The notes under the pieces are model-generated. The model was not told the DNA's origin. It saw nothing but the letters and a program-made list of their open reading frames with translations, and searched no databases. The position numbers and the translations under genes were made by a program. A stretch of DNA of 64,000 nt from a virus (taxonomy: Duplodnaviria > Heunggongvirae > Uroviricota > Caudoviricetes): the IMG/VR virus record IMGVR_UViG_2529292913_000008; one strand, written 5' to 3'. Of this stretch, positions 1 through 10,675 are shown piece by piece (position 1 is the stretch's first letter; each line of letters begins with the position of its first letter).

Positions 1-210
1 ATGGCTTTCATTCCACCAACCATCGACGACGTTAGACATTGCTCTAACGCTTTATCTGTAGACCCCGCCGAAACCGACGCTGCCCGCGCCATTGCTGAAC
101 ACTACTCAAAGATATCCAATCAGGAGTACCGCATCACCCAAGACGACCTGGATGATCTCACTGACACAATCGAATATCTCATGGCCACTAACCAGCCAGA
201 CTCACAATAA
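1..210 (+). CDS. coi: C1-inactivator (Coi)-like small protein
   Basis: 69-aa ORF directly upstream of c1 on the same strand, matching the P1 immC layout (coi then c1). It starts at the window edge, so the true 5' end is unverified. Confidence 0.5.
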   Translation: MAFIPPTIDDVRHCSNALSVDPAETDAARAIAEHYSKISNQEYRITQDDLDDLTDTIEYLMATNQPDSQ

Positions 211-226
211 ATGCACTAATAAATCT
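210..226 (+). promoter_or_regulatory. C1 operator-like site (14/17 match to ATTGCTCTAATAAATTT)
   Basis: aatgcactaataaatct lies between the coi stop and the c1 start; the match is to the asymmetric P1 C1 operator consensus as I recall it. Confidence 0.4.
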
Positions 227-320
227 ATTATTTTCGTTGGATCCTTCTATAATGGTGGCCAACAACTCCCAGTGTAATCCGCTGTGAGTTGTTGGCCATG
301 TCAATTCTGGAGGAGGATCA

Positions 321-1173
321 ATGATAAATTATGTCTACGGCGAACAACTGTACCAGGAGTTCGTCAGCTTCAGGGATCTCTTTCTAAAAAAAAGCTGTTG
401 CACGCGCCCAACACGTTGATGCCGCCAGCGACGGTCGTCCTGTACGCCCGGTTGTCGTTCTGCCGTTCAAAGAAACTGACAGCATTCAGGCTGAAATTGA
501 TAAATGGACTTTAATGGCGCGGGAACTGGAACAGTACCCAGACCTCAATATCCCAAAGACTATTTTATATCCAGTGCCTAACATCCTTCGCGGTGTGCGT
601 AAGGTTACAACTTATCAGACAGAAGCTGTGAACAGCGTCAACATGACCGCTGGCCGCATTATTCATCTGATTGATAAGGACATTCGCATCCAGAAAAGCG
701 CGGGGATCAATGAGCACAGTGCGAAATACATAGAGAACCTGGAAGCAACAAAAGAGCTAATGAAGCAGTACCCGGAGGATGAAAAATTCCGTATGCGTGT
801 ACACGGCTTTAGCGAAACAATGCTGCGCGTCCATTACATTTCCAGTAGCCCTAACTACAATGATGGTAAATCAGTTAGTTACCATGTGCCGCTGTGTGGT
901 GTGTTTATCTGCGATGAAACTCTCCGTGATGGAATCATCATCAACGGTGAATTCGAGAAAGCAAAATTTAGCCTTTATGACTCTATAGAACCGATCATCT
1001 GCGACCGCTGGCCGCAGGCAAAAATATATCGCCTGGCAGATATTGAAAATGTAAAAAAACAAATTGCCATCACTCGCGAAGAGAAAAAGGTCAAATCAGC
1101 CGCATCAGTTACGCGCAGCCGTAAAACTAAGAAGGGGCAGCCAGTAAACGACAACCCCGAAAGCGCGCAATAG
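321..1173 (+). pseudogene. c1: C1 repressor gene with an apparent +1 frameshift in an A8 run (386-393)
   Basis: ATG at 321 reads MINYVYGEQLYQEFVSFRDLFLKK and then hits a stop. Removing one A from the run at 386-393 joins it to the 219-aa ORF 514..1173, giving 283 aa, the length I recall for P1 C1. Confidence 0.6.
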
Positions 1174-1197
1174 TTTCTATCCGGCATGGTCAATGAG

Positions 1198-2682
1198 TTA
1201 TTCATTAAGCCATGCCAGAGCTTCATCAACCTGCGCTTCGTCTTCGACGCTAAGCACTTCATCCTGGGGAACATAATCCGCCAGCATAGCGAAACAATAT
1301 GTATCCCAATGGTCTGGTGAGTGCAGGTTGAGTTTTTTCTTCATATCCTCCTTACTCATCACCTTCCATTGACCTGCGGAGTTAATCCCTACAGGGATTT
1401 TCGACGCTTCCTCAATAGTTTCATTACCCTTATCCAGTCTCATACGACCTGATTTTACGGCCTCTGCGGCTTGAACGTTGGCATAAGCACGCTTATCAAA
1501 GTACAGGCTCTTATCTTCACGGCTATGCATCTTTTTACCCCAGCGTATACGCTGTACGGTAATACCATAATACTCGTACATCAGATCCGCCGTTGCTTTA
1601 CCCAGGCCATCGCCGTCTATCGCTATGGTGATATTTGGGAATCGCTCAGGATTACATTCTGCGAAAATTTTGGCGGCAAGCTGCGTTTCTGTAACGTCTG
1701 TGTATTCCAGCATTCGATAGTTGATTACACGGCGTTTATTTCGCTGGCCGGACACCATCATGATATTGATAACTGACTTATCCCGTCCCGTACCACCAGC
1801 AACGTCCACACATGCAAGCCAGCCCCATCCTTTGGCAATCTTAACTTTCCGCCGCGTTGCACGTTCAACCTCATCACGTCCAAGAAGGAAGCCGTCCTGT
1901 GATTTAGGGAATAGGCCACGCACCTTAATCATGTACATAGGGTTATCACGCCCGCCGTACTCCGCCAGCTTCATTTTGATAAATTCTGGCGTTACCAGCG
2001 GTGATTCCTCACTGTTAAGCGTGATCGCCGTATAAACGCCATCTGGGTTACCAGGACGCTTGGCCAGTTTATGGTGAGTATCGTAGAAATAGCCGCTTGG
2101 GCGTGTAGGCTGTGACAGTAATAAGATGCGGTTATCCTGTCCGGTAAGAGCACCGGTGATGATACCGAAAGCTCTATCACTGACACCGGAGGCTTCATCG
2201 ATAATATACAGAAGATGATCTGCGTGTTCACCGGCGAGAGCTTCTTCACTTCCCAGACGAAAGCCCTTCGGTACTACAGTCCATACACCTTTACCAGTAA
2301 CCTCATAGAAAGCGGTTTCTGTCAGAACAAAATAATCAGCAAGCCATGGAAAACGGCTGGTGGCAGTAGCCCAGTTTATCTTGATGTACTTGAATATACC
2401 GGTCATTACCTGCTGAATTTTGTTCGCAACGATAATGGCGCGGGCACCGGGATACATGATTATGAACAACATGATCATGATAGAAGTCATGTCTGATTTC
2501 CCGGTACCGTGACCAGACGAAACAGATGTCTTGCTACCCTGTTCCTGCACAGACTCAATAATCAGATCCTGCTGCCAGGTAGGTGTTTTGCCGAACAAAA
2601 CATCAGCGGCAGCAATCCAGTCATAACGATATAGCGCCACCAGCTCGCGCCAACGTGGATCCGTTACGCAACTTCTGGCCAT
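1198..2682 (-). CDS. pacB: Terminase large subunit (PacB-like)
   Basis: 494 aa with Walker A GHGTGKS and a C-terminal nuclease-like region; overlaps the pacA stop by 1 nt (ATGA); the size matches P1 PacB. Confidence 0.85.
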   Translation of the reverse strand: MARSCVTDPRWRELVALYRYDWIAAADVLFGKTPTWQQDLIIESVQEQGSKTSVSSGHGTGKSDMTSIMIMLFIIMYPGARAIIVANKIQQVMTGIFKYIKINWATATSRFPWLADYFVLTETAFYEVTGKGVWTVVPKGFRLGSEEALAGEHADHLLYIIDEASGVSDRAFGIITGALTGQDNRILLLSQPTRPSGYFYDTHHKLAKRPGNPDGVYTAITLNSEESPLVTPEFIKMKLAEYGGRDNPMYMIKVRGLFPKSQDGFLLGRDEVERATRRKVKIAKGWGWLACVDVAGGTGRDKSVINIMMVSGQRNKRRVINYRMLEYTDVTETQLAAKIFAECNPERFPNITIAIDGDGLGKATADLMYEYYGITVQRIRWGKKMHSREDKSLYFDKRAYANVQAAEAVKSGRMRLDKGNETIEEASKIPVGINSAGQWKVMSKEDMKKKLNLHSPDHWDTYCFAMLADYVPQDEVLSVEDEAQVDEALAWLNE

Positions 2683-3875
2683 TAATCATCATCCCCGTAT
2701 AGCTTGCGGGTAACTTCTTCGTCTTCCTCCTCGTCTTCGTCCAGGTCTTGTTCCAGCCATGGGTCGTTTGATACACCTTCAGTATCAACATCTCCATAAC
2801 CGCCTGTATCAACGATATCGGCGATTTCTTCCCTACGCTGCTCAATCCACAATGCGGCATCGGCGCGGCGGTTGGCGGCCCGTTCTCGCGCAACTTTGTC
2901 CAGATCTTCAAGAGAAGGGCCACCGACGGCTGTTTGCCTTTCCTCATCATCGGTATTGGTCTTAGGAGCACGCAGATCGGCTTTGATTTGCTCCAGCATC
3001 AGGGGCGGCACTTTCCCGCCATGCGCCTCGATGAATTCAGCTGCTTCCAGCACTGACCAGTTATTTTCACGCTTTCGTTCGTATGCCAGCTTAACAATGC
3101 CAGCTTGCCCCATAGATAAAGCGTGCTTTTCCGCCTCCCGGCTTTCTTTTCGATAGTTATTCCGGATGCTGTAAATGGTGTTGATCAGACTGCTTATCTG
3201 CGCGGAACAGCTGTTTAGCATGCTCGCGATACGGTATTCAGGCGGAGTTCCTTCATCATCGTCTTTTTGCTGATCGCGAATTTCCTGCACCAGGCGAATA
3301 CACGTATCCCTGGCGTTCTCCAGCATAAGGAGATGAGAGAGAGACTTTTCCAGAAGAGTGGTTTCCAGAACATCAGCCCCGGACCGACGCAACATAGCGC
3401 GCGCGGCCTTCCGCGCTTCAACGTTATCTATCAGGTAATCGCCAGCTTCGAATTCAAAGCGTTCACCATCATCATCCAGGGTGTCGCGTTCCAGGCGATC
3501 ACGTAAGGTCCGGCGGGCGCGGGTGATCACGTCATGATCATCTGAACGATCATTTATGCGCTTATTTTGGCGCTTCGCATTCTCGACTGCGGCACTGACA
3601 ACGGCATTAACTCTCTGTTTTTCCGCTATTTCAGCCGCAATATGATCACCTGCATGTTGATCATTAGAGTGATCAATGATCATGCTTTTTAGTGGCTTCC
3701 TGACTGGCTTATTTGGCTTGCGGCTGTCCGCAGTCCTGGTGTCTTCTTTGAAGGCACGGAGATAACGACGTGCGGTATTAGGGTTAAGATTAAACTCGGC
3801 GGCATACTGTGCGATGGTGTAACCACCATCTCGCGCCAGGCGAGCAAAATTCTTTTTGTGATCGTCCCAGGTCAC
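2682..3875 (-). CDS. pacA: Terminase small subunit (PacA-like)
   Basis: 397 aa, basic/HTH-like N-terminus and very acidic C-terminus; immediately upstream of pacB; contains the hexamer clusters typical of the P1 pac site. Confidence 0.75.
   Translation of the reverse strand: MTWDDHKKNFARLARDGGYTIAQYAAEFNLNPNTARRYLRAFKEDTRTADSRKPNKPVRKPLKSMIIDHSNDQHAGDHIAAEIAEKQRVNAVVSAAVENAKRQNKRINDRSDDHDVITRARRTLRDRLERDTLDDDGERFEFEAGDYLIDNVEARKAARAMLRRSGADVLETTLLEKSLSHLLMLENARDTCIRLVQEIRDQQKDDDEGTPPEYRIASMLNSCSAQISSLINTIYSIRNNYRKESREAEKHALSMGQAGIVKLAYERKRENNWSVLEAAEFIEAHGGKVPPLMLEQIKADLRAPKTNTDDEERQTAVGGPSLEDLDKVARERAANRRADAALWIEQRREEIADIVDTGGYGDVDTEGVSNDPWLEQDLDEDEEEDEEVTRKLYGDDD
3520..3685. other. pac: pac site: two clusters of TGATCA hexamers (Dam GATC sites) inside pacA
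   Basis: TGATCA at 3524, 3535 (plus cGATCA at 3548) and at 3643, 3658, 3670, 3677. A 3+4 arrangement about 100 bp apart is as described for P1 pac. Confidence 0.6.
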
Positions 3876-3960
3876 TTATGCTTCCTTTCGTAAAAACTCT
3901 TTTTGACGCGAGGGTAACGAAAGTCACATGTCAAAAGGCCCGGAACGGGCAAGCAATCAA

Positions 3961-4413
3961 TCAGATACGTGCGGATGTGGCATTACCGTAATGACGGTGC
4001 TGACGGGCCACCTTATTGAAAAGTTGACGCGCCATTACCCAAGGCTGGTGCTCCCGGCGTTCCTTTTCGTCCTGCGTCATATAGAGTTCGTTCTGGAGTT
4101 TTTCATCAAACCGGCGCGGAGCGCGGCTACGGCGAAAGAATTCAGGATTCAGAGAGTGGATCTGAAATCTACGTGGGCGTGTACTGTCATCAATCAAAAC
4201 AGACGAATACTTAGACACAGCGATAGCCTTTAAGCGCAGATAAACATCGCGCTTATCGACATCCAGATGCGGGTATTCCTTTTCAAGAATTGCTGCGAGT
4301 TCTTTCGCTGATAGAAGAGATTTAGTGCGGATCATGTAATCCGCAATCTCGTACGATGTTATTCGTGAGTGATTTATTTCCATGAAGTGGCGTCCCTGCC
4401 AGTTAAGTAACAT
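3961..4413 (-). CDS. lpa: Late promoter activator (Lpa)-like protein
   Basis: 150-aa ORF directly upstream of pacA in the P1 gene order, with a C1-operator-like site upstream; assignment is by synteny only. Confidence 0.45.
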   Translation of the reverse strand: MLLNWQGRHFMEINHSRITSYEIADYMIRTKSLLSAKELAAILEKEYPHLDVDKRDVYLRLKAIAVSKYSSVLIDDSTRPRRFQIHSLNPEFFRRSRAPRRFDEKLQNELYMTQDEKERREHQPWVMARQLFNKVARQHRHYGNATSARI

Positions 4414-4483
4414 CCTGTCACCTACTGATTAGCCCATGTCAACTAATCAACGTGGAATATAATACCCTCGATTAAATAAATAG

Positions 4484-4500
4484 CAATACATTAGAGCAAT
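4484..4500 (-). promoter_or_regulatory. C1 operator-like site upstream of lpa (13/17)
   Basis: caatacattagagcaat on the plus strand is the reverse complement of the operator consensus; it lies between the lpa start and the upstream gene. Confidence 0.35.
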
Positions 4501-4501
4501 T

Positions 4502-5545
4502 TTATCTAACGCTCGACGAGTGACTTGTGATAGCGCCGACTCCAAGCGCGTAATCAAAGAACAATCGTTGATGCATCGCCAGCCTACCGTGTGTTTTCTC
4601 CCAATTATCGCGGTCACGCTCAATATCACGCTGGCATGACTGGCACAGAGGAATAGCATAAATGTCATGCGCGCATAATCGACTATGACGAACGATATAA
4701 GGCGTAATGTGAGCGCCAGCTCCCGCAGCTCCACAGCCACAGCATGGACGGGAAGCAACAAAGTCCATGTACTCAGGTAATTTTAGCGATTGAAGTTTTG
4801 GTATTTTGAAATGCGCCATACCTGGGTCGGAGTCAACATCCACAGGACATACTTTTGCACGCATCGGCGCGGCGCGTTCTTCCATCATCTGAACATATGC
4901 TATAGCGCGATCGTCATACGGGCGAATATCCGCCTCTTTCAGAGGTCCGCTATCCTGCGGAGTAGCCTTCATCTTATTTATTGATATGCGGCAGACTTCT
5001 TCCGGCATCAGGTGCATCATGTTGCGCATGAAAGCCCACCAGCACAGTTCCTGAATACTTAAATCATGGCCATCTGAAAGCCCCATTTCCTGACGGGCGA
5101 CATCCAGTATCCAGTTAACGCGATTATTATGCAGCGTTTCTTTCAGCTCATTAAAACCACGCATCCGGTAATGGTTATCGTGATGCCAGCACAACAACAC
5201 CGCGCTATTGTCTCGTTCAGCGTGGACAATATGGTTGTCACACCAACTACGATCTGCGGCCTGGCATTGCCCCTCTTTCCTGCGCAACCACGCCACCAGC
5301 GAGTCAATTCCACCAATACGGCGAAACAGTTCATCGCTGTTAAAAAACGGCTGCAACGCCTCATTTGTTGCCATAGTTTGCTCGGAAACAACGAGGCCGT
5401 CGTCCATGTGCTCGATTAACTCACGCGGCACCGGCTCCATAATAAATTTACGGCCAGCCTCCACCAGCTTTCTGACCTCCTGGTCCACTTTGAACGTGGC
5501 GAGGCCAAGCTCTTTCTGTACAAATGGAGTAATTACGGCTTTCAC
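4502..5545 (-). CDS. Hypothetical protein with Cys-rich C-terminal motifs (pdcB-position)
   Basis: 347-aa ORF downstream of doc; contains CCGCG and CxxC-type cysteine clusters; function unknown. Confidence 0.5.
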   Translation of the reverse strand: MKAVITPFVQKELGLATFKVDQEVRKLVEAGRKFIMEPVPRELIEHMDDGLVVSEQTMATNEALQPFFNSDELFRRIGGIDSLVAWLRRKEGQCQAADRSWCDNHIVHAERDNSAVLLCWHHDNHYRMRGFNELKETLHNNRVNWILDVARQEMGLSDGHDLSIQELCWWAFMRNMMHLMPEEVCRISINKMKATPQDSGPLKEADIRPYDDRAIAYVQMMEERAAPMRAKVCPVDVDSDPGMAHFKIPKLQSLKLPEYMDFVASRPCCGCGAAGAGAHITPYIVRHSRLCAHDIYAIPLCQSCQRDIERDRDNWEKTHGRLAMHQRLFFDYALGVGAITSHSSSVR

Positions 5546-5572
5546 ATCACACCTTTAATCACTGATTGGGCT

Positions 5573-5752
5573 TTATCTGCTGCCCGGCATTCTCTGTTTA
5601 AGCACAACCATTTCCTGACGGCATAACACAGCAATAGCGGTCCTGGCACCAATTTGCTTACCAACCAGGTATTGCTTTACCTCGCGGCGACTCACGCCAT
5701 CAAGAAGCATCTTTAACGCTTCACGGGACAATTTGTTGTATTTACGTGCCAT
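5573..5752 (-). CDS. Small basic protein (pdcA-position)
   Basis: 59-aa ORF starting at the internal ATG (MARKYNK...) with a GGAG RBS, directly after the doc stop; the longer ORF start at 5773 would overlap doc. Confidence 0.4.
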   Translation of the reverse strand: MARKYNKLSREALKMLLDGVSRREVKQYLVGKQIGARTAIAVLCRQEMVVLKQRMPGSR

Positions 5753-5756
5753 TAAT

Positions 5757-6137
5757 CTACTCCGCGGAACCATACAATCTACGTAACGTGTCGGCGACAG
5801 AAGATACAGATATCTCTCCGGTCGCAGCCCCTACGGTAAGGTCTGCCAGTTCAGGTGAATCAAATACCTGCACCCCGTTACGGCGTAGAAATAACAGCGC
5901 ACTGTTTAGCGCGGTACGCTTATTGGCATCATTGAATATATGCCCTCTCGCTGTAGCCACCAGGTAGGTGGCGGAGACTTCGAAAAGGTCGGTGATCTCT
6001 TCGTAGGCAACTCTGGCCTGAACTCTCCCGATAATGGCCTCTGCCCTACCCGGATCTGACATTCCCGGCAAGCCGCCGTAGCGGTTTATATTCGCATCAT
6101 GAAGCGCAATAAGTTCTTCCGGTGATATATGCCTCAT
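5757..6137 (-). CDS. doc: Doc toxin (Fic/Doc family)
   Basis: 126 aa, essentially the P1 Doc sequence as I recall it ([17 protein letters not shown]...[11 protein letters not shown]...); start overlaps the phd stop by 1 nt. Confidence 0.9.
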   Translation of the reverse strand: MRHISPEELIALHDANINRYGGLPGMSDPGRAEAIIGRVQARVAYEEITDLFEVSATYLVATARGHIFNDANKRTALNSALLFLRRNGVQVFDSPELADLTVGAATGEISVSSVADTLRRLYGSAE

Positions 6138-6358
6138 TATCGGTTAACCAGTTCCTTGTTGGTGGAGTCCAGGGTGTCAAACAGGGATGCAAATTCAGCA
6201 TCCAGCGCCGCTTTTTTGTAGGCTTCAAAAGTAGCCTTGCTGACAATTACTGCTGGCTCACGGCCTCTGCGGGTGATTTCAACCTCTTCCCCGGCTTCAA
6301 CATTGTTGAGCACTTCAGAAAGGTTGCCGCGCGCGGTACGGAAGTTAATGGATTGCAT
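6137..6358 (-). CDS. phd: Phd antitoxin
   Basis: 73 aa from the ATG at 6358 ([17 protein letters not shown]...), GAGG RBS upstream; classic phd-doc operon with 1-nt overlap. Confidence 0.85.
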   Translation of the reverse strand: MQSINFRTARGNLSEVLNNVEAGEEVEITRRGREPAVIVSKATFEAYKKAALDAEFASLFDTLDSTNKELVNR

Positions 6359-6430
6359 AAACACCTCGTGTACTCGTTATGTGTACACAATTATAAACTT
6401 CACAGGCATAAAGCACCAGCACTTTGCAGC

Positions 6431-6820
6431 TTAAATAACCGGACAATCATCAAATTCCCCACTTCGGGCATCATTGATGACATGAGTGATCACACCAAAA
6501 ACAGCATTACTGCCCGTGTAACCATCGTCATCTACTGGTAACGCCTCTTTCTTCCCGGTGCTTAAATCCTCCAGGTGCTGGCGCGGATACTTTCGGTATC
6601 TCTTTATGCGATATTCACCCTCCATAGCGCACACAAGCAGCGAACCATCAACTGGAGTAAGCGAAGAATCAACCACCAGCAAAGCACCCTGCAATATTCC
6701 CTCGCGGTGATGGCTGTCTGCCGCCCGCATGAAGTAGGTCGCTGATGGATGCCTGATTAGTTGCTGATCAAGAGAAATTCTGCTTTCAACATAATCCGCC
6801 GCAGGAGAAGGGAAGCCCAT
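6431..6820 (-). CDS. humD: UmuD'-like S24 peptidase (HumD)
   Basis: 129 aa with an S24/LexA-like C-terminal fold; LexA box 20 bp upstream of the start; position upstream of phd-doc as in P1. Confidence 0.75.
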   Translation of the reverse strand: MGFPSPAADYVESRISLDQQLIRHPSATYFMRAADSHHREGILQGALLVVDSSLTPVDGSLLVCAMEGEYRIKRYRKYPRQHLEDLSTGKKEALPVDDDGYTGSNAVFGVITHVINDARSGEFDDCPVI

Positions 6821-6839
6821 AGCGTTTTCACCTCAATAA

Positions 6840-6859
6840 TACTGTTCATTTATACAGCA
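6840..6859. promoter_or_regulatory. LexA (SOS) box
   Basis: tactgttcatttatacagca fits CTGT-N8-ACAG; located in the divergent promoter region between humD and the lxr-like ORF. Confidence 0.65.
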
Positions 6860-6994
6860 TACATTAAAGAGACACCTTTGGTGCAAACGCGTTATGTACA
6901 TCAACCACCGCAGATGATTTTGTGCGCTTTGCTACTATTCATCACCAACGGATCAGCGTAACCTCGTTGCCAATCAGTTAATAAGGAATTAGCT

Positions 6995-7528
6995 ATGCCT
7001 GCCCGCATTCCTCTCGATCCTGTATTGCCCAAAAATTTTGACTGCACTCCTAACGAGAAACGCTCTAAAGCTCAGTTGGACGCCTGGTGGGACCATCCAT
7101 ATGGGGTTACACAACCTGACGGGAAAATTGTAGTTTATTGTCTGAATGGTGGGGCGTGGGACCGTCCATCCGTGCTTGGTTTGGCAAATAACTATGATGA
7201 AGCCTGTGAACTTGCCGAAAGACAGCAGGCAAGCTGGGTAAAAACACGTTATGAACCGACATTCATGTTTTCAAAAGAACCGCCATTTATACTGGCGAGG
7301 ATGCCGCAGCGACCGGATCATCAACAAGAAATTGTTGCTGAATTTTCCTCTAGGGATGAGATGAATCTCTTCTCATTAAAGCAGGAAGAAAGGGATCGCG
7401 TCGAAGTGTCTCCAACTCTCGACCACAACCGGATGAACCTGGCCCAACTCGCCTGGTACAGCAAAGAATTAGAGATGTCTATTGCCCGACTTGAAAACGA
7501 AAAAGCCGCTATCCAAGCCCAGCACTGA
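6995..7528 (+). pseudogene. LexA-regulated hypothetical gene (lxr-position) truncated by IS10
   Basis: 177-aa ORF whose last codons run into the IS10 end at 7525. Deleting IS10 plus one duplicated copy of the target restores an in-frame continuation of 18 codons (8863-8917), about 195 aa in total. Confidence 0.5.
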
Positions 7529-8853
7529 GAGATCCCCTCATAATTTCCCCAAAGCGTAACCATGTGTGAATAAATTTTGAGCTAGTAGGGTTGCAGCCAC
7601 GAGTAAGTCTTCCCTTGTTATTGTGTAGCCAGAATGCCGCAAAACTTCCATGCCTAAGCGAACTGTTGAGAGTACGTTTCGATTTCTGACTGTGTTAGCC
7701 TGGAAGTGCTTGTCCCAACCTTGTTTCTGAGCATGAACGCCCGCAAGCCAACATGTTAGTTGAAGCATCAGGGCGATTAGCAGCATGATATCAAAACGCT
7801 CTGAGCTGCTCGTTCGGCTATGGCGTAGGCCTAGTCCGTAGGCAGGACTTTTCAAGTCTCGGAAGGTTTCTTCAATCTGCATTCGCTTCGAATAGATATT
7901 AACAAGTTGTTTGGGTGTTCGAATTTCAACAGGTAAGTTAGTTGCTAGAACCCATGGCTCCTTTGCCGACGCTGAGTAGATTTTAGGTGACGGGTGGTGA
8001 CAATGAGTCCGTGTCGAGCGCTGATTTTTTCGGCCTTTAGAGCGAGATTTATACAATAGAATTTGGCATGAGATTGGATTGCTTTTAGTCAGCCTCTTAT
8101 AGCCTAAAGTCTTTGAGTGACTAGATGACATATCATGTAAGTTGCTGATAGGTTTCCAGTTTTCCGCTCCTAGGTCTGCATATTGTACTTTTCCTCTTAC
8201 TCGACTTAACCAGTACCAACCCAGCTTCTCAACGGATTTATACCATGGCACTTTAAAGCCAGCATCACTGACAATGAGCGGTGTGGTGTTACTCGGTAGA
8301 ATGCTCGCAAGGTCGGCTAGAAATTGGTCATGAGCTTTCTTTGAACATTGCTCTGAAAGCGGGAACGCTTTCTCATAAAGAGTAACAGAACGACCGTGTA
8401 GTGCGACTGAAGCTCGCAATACCATAAGTCGTTTTTGCTCACGAATATCAGACCAGTCAACAAGTACAATGGGCATCGTATTGCCCGAACAGATAAAGCT
8501 AGCATGCCAACGGTATACAGCGAGTCGCTCTTTGTGGAGGTGACGATTACCTAACAATCGGTCGATTCGTTTGATGTTATGTTTTGTTCTCGCTTTGGTT
8601 GGCAGGTTACGGCCAAGTTCGGTAAGAGTGAGAGTTTTACAGTCAAGTAATGCGTGGCAAGCCAACGTTAAGCTGTTGAGTCGTTTTAAGTGTAATTCGG
8701 GGCAGAATTGGTAAAGAGAGTCGTGTAAAATATCGAGTTCGCACATCTTGTTGTCTGATTATTGATTTTTCGCGAAACCATTTGATCATATGACAAGATG
8801 TGTATCCACCTTAACTTAATGATTTTTACCAAAATCATTAGGGGATTCATCAG
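7525..8853 (-). mobile_element. IS10 (IS4 family), 1329 bp, with 9-bp target-site duplication AGCCCAGCA
   Basis: Ends CTGAGAGATCCCCTCATAATTTCCCC (7525) and CTGATGAATCCCCTAATGATTTTGG (reverse complement, ending 8853); direct repeats agcccagca at 7516-7524 and 8854-8862. Confidence 0.9.
7538..8746 (-). CDS. IS10 transposase
   Basis: 402 aa, full length, recognised as the IS10/Tn10 transposase sequence. Confidence 0.95.
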   Translation of the reverse strand: MCELDILHDSLYQFCPELHLKRLNSLTLACHALLDCKTLTLTELGRNLPTKARTKHNIKRIDRLLGNRHLHKERLAVYRWHASFICSGNTMPIVLVDWSDIREQKRLMVLRASVALHGRSVTLYEKAFPLSEQCSKKAHDQFLADLASILPSNTTPLIVSDAGFKVPWYKSVEKLGWYWLSRVRGKVQYADLGAENWKPISNLHDMSSSHSKTLGYKRLTKSNPISCQILLYKSRSKGRKNQRSTRTHCHHPSPKIYSASAKEPWVLATNLPVEIRTPKQLVNIYSKRMQIEETFRDLKSPAYGLGLRHSRTSSSERFDIMLLIALMLQLTCWLAGVHAQKQGWDKHFQANTVRNRNVLSTVRLGMEVLRHSGYTITREDLLVAATLLAQNLFTHGYALGKL

Positions 8854-8917
8854 AGCCCAGCATGAAGTAGTTCTGAACCGGATTAGAGAAATGCAAAACG
8901 ATAACAGGGGATTTTGA

Positions 8918-9280
8918 ATGGCTAAAATCGAGTACCATCGCGATCGCGGTAATTACCTGGAAATATACGATCATGAATCTCTTAACGATATCAACGATGC
9001 GTTATATGAATACTGTGAAAAAATGAGCATCACAGATGCACCTGACGCATTTGTCGAGCTACCGGTATATCTCCGCGACATCTATGCAATACGGACGCCG
9101 CCCGTATCGGTAATTCACATTGGCTATGTCCGCCTGTCCATCGAAGAAGATGAAGATCGTTATATCGTACGCCACTATACATTGGACAGAAAAGAGCTTC
9201 CCAATGAATGGAACATGAGTAATTTCTACAACGGTGAATATGGCTTAAAACCCGCTATGAATGGCGCGGGCATTGCGTAA
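8918..9280 (+). CDS. Hypothetical protein
   Basis: 120-aa ORF starting at TGAATG overlap with the reconstructed end of the IS10-interrupted gene; no recognisable motif. Confidence 0.45.
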   Translation: MAKIEYHRDRGNYLEIYDHESLNDINDALYEYCEKMSITDAPDAFVELPVYLRDIYAIRTPPVSVIHIGYVRLSIEEDEDRYIVRHYTLDRKELPNEWNMSNFYNGEYGLKPAMNGAGIA

Positions 9281-9291
9281 TAGCCTAACAA

Positions 9292-9543
9292 CTATTCTGT
9301 TTTCTGATATGCCGGATCGTTCCCTTTTGGCAACTGGAGGCTTAACTGCCGGTAGTGCCGTAGACGTTCCATGAAATAGGTGCGCAGATTCTCTGGTTGC
9401 TCGCGGGCTACCTGTTCAGCTATGACAGGTATGTTCAATCGCTCTTTGTAGGCAACCCCCCTGGCAGCCAGGTCAACGTTAACTTTATTCCTTTCTTCCT
9501 GGCTTTTGGCTGCTATGTTCCATTCGTTCATATTAAATCCCAT
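9292..9543 (-). CDS. hot: DNA polymerase III theta-subunit homolog (Hot)
   Basis: 83 aa; the [35 protein letters not shown] stretch is clearly homologous to E. coli HolE (theta). Confidence 0.75.
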   Translation of the reverse strand: MGFNMNEWNIAAKSQEERNKVNVDLAARGVAYKERLNIPVIAEQVAREQPENLRTYFMERLRHYRQLSLQLPKGNDPAYQKTE

Positions 9544-9999
9544 CCAGAATAATTGAATAACGGCTATTATTTAGTCGCCGCAATATCTTCAAAGTTTTTT
9601 TCTCACCCCATTGCTTTTTGCGCACAGCTTATCTGGCTTGCGGTGCGCCGAAATGTAAATTCGCCTTCAGAGTTATCCACAAAGTTATGCACTTGCAACG
9701 AGGCCATTTTCCTCATACTGTGTTTGCACACACAGGAAATGGATATTTTATTAATTGAATTTTATTAAATAATAATGATAAGGAGAAAATTTGAGATGTA
9801 ATCATGACATTAATAGATAGGGCCTGCATTACAGGCCCCAACTACATCAAGGAATTCACAGTTCCCTGATTTTTATACCGAAAACATGTGCCGTAAGTTC
9901 ACGTTAACGACTTTCTTTCACCGAATCCAACTATATAGAGGTTGGGTTTCTACGTCAACGTGAGAGCACACAGCTTTACATTTGACGAGGATTACCCTG

Positions 10000-10137
10000 A
10001 TGATTGTATTTTTTCAGTTTCTAAGTGCATTTTTAAATGCGCCTGTTCTTAGCCAAGTGCTGGCGATTGTCTTCATCGTGGTTCTGATATGGTTTTTCAA
10101 GTCAGTGATAAACAGAGGCGTGCGCTGGCTTATTTAA
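10000..10137 (+). CDS. Candidate small hydrophobic membrane peptide (45 aa)
   Basis: ATG 9 nt after a GAGG RBS; MIVFFQFLSAFLNAPVLSQVLAIVFIVVLIWFFKSVINRGVRWLI; below the ORF-track length cutoff; speculative. Confidence 0.25.
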   Translation: MIVFFQFLSAFLNAPVLSQVLAIVFIVVLIWFFKSVINRGVRWLI

Positions 10138-10675
10138 TGTCGCGCTGAGATATTAATTCCCTTGCTGTTTAACCATTTTTTGTGTGTGCTGGTGAGCGTG
10201 TGAAGGCTCAATTTGTTGCCCACCAGTATTTACTATTTCTAAGCTCCACAGTGTCACTTCCGCACAAACAACTTAGCGCGGAATCAGTATTCGGCCCAAG
10301 ATGTAAAAAGCCAACCTGCGTTATGGTTCGCATTTCCAAATAGTGTTCTGAACGCCCGTGCCGGGCGCGAGATGTGGATTAGCGTTCGCGCTATGCTGAT
10401 ATACGGCTTTAGACTTTCCATATTGCTGACAGGCTTTATCTGCGGTTTTTTGCAGGCTATCCAGCCCATACCAGCCATCAGACTGGATGCTTACCTTTTC
10501 ACCGTCATTGTATTGCACCATCGCGAACCCAAACATAGCTATCATCGCACCGACAATACCGCTTTTCCAAAAAGCTCTAATTAGGTCATTCGTTGCCTAA
10601 TGTCCGAACTGCTAAAGCATCAAAGTTGCTGTAGAATCACCGCCAATTACTTAAGCCTGAAATAAGTGGAAGAAA

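Noticed and set aside
779-1274. ORFs 779..988 (+), 871..1062 (-) and 975..1274 (-)
   Set aside because: They lie inside or antisense to the c1 coding region and the pacB 3' end, with no independent support.
9553-9768. 71-aa plus-strand ORF upstream of hot
   Set aside because: Low-complexity AT-rich sequence that overlaps the likely hot promoter region.
10321-10584. Overlapping opposite-strand ORFs (74 aa minus, 70 aa plus)
   Set aside because: They exclude each other, neither has a convincing RBS, and the minus ORF is bounded by a stop immediately upstream of its ATG; left as uncertain rather than annotated.
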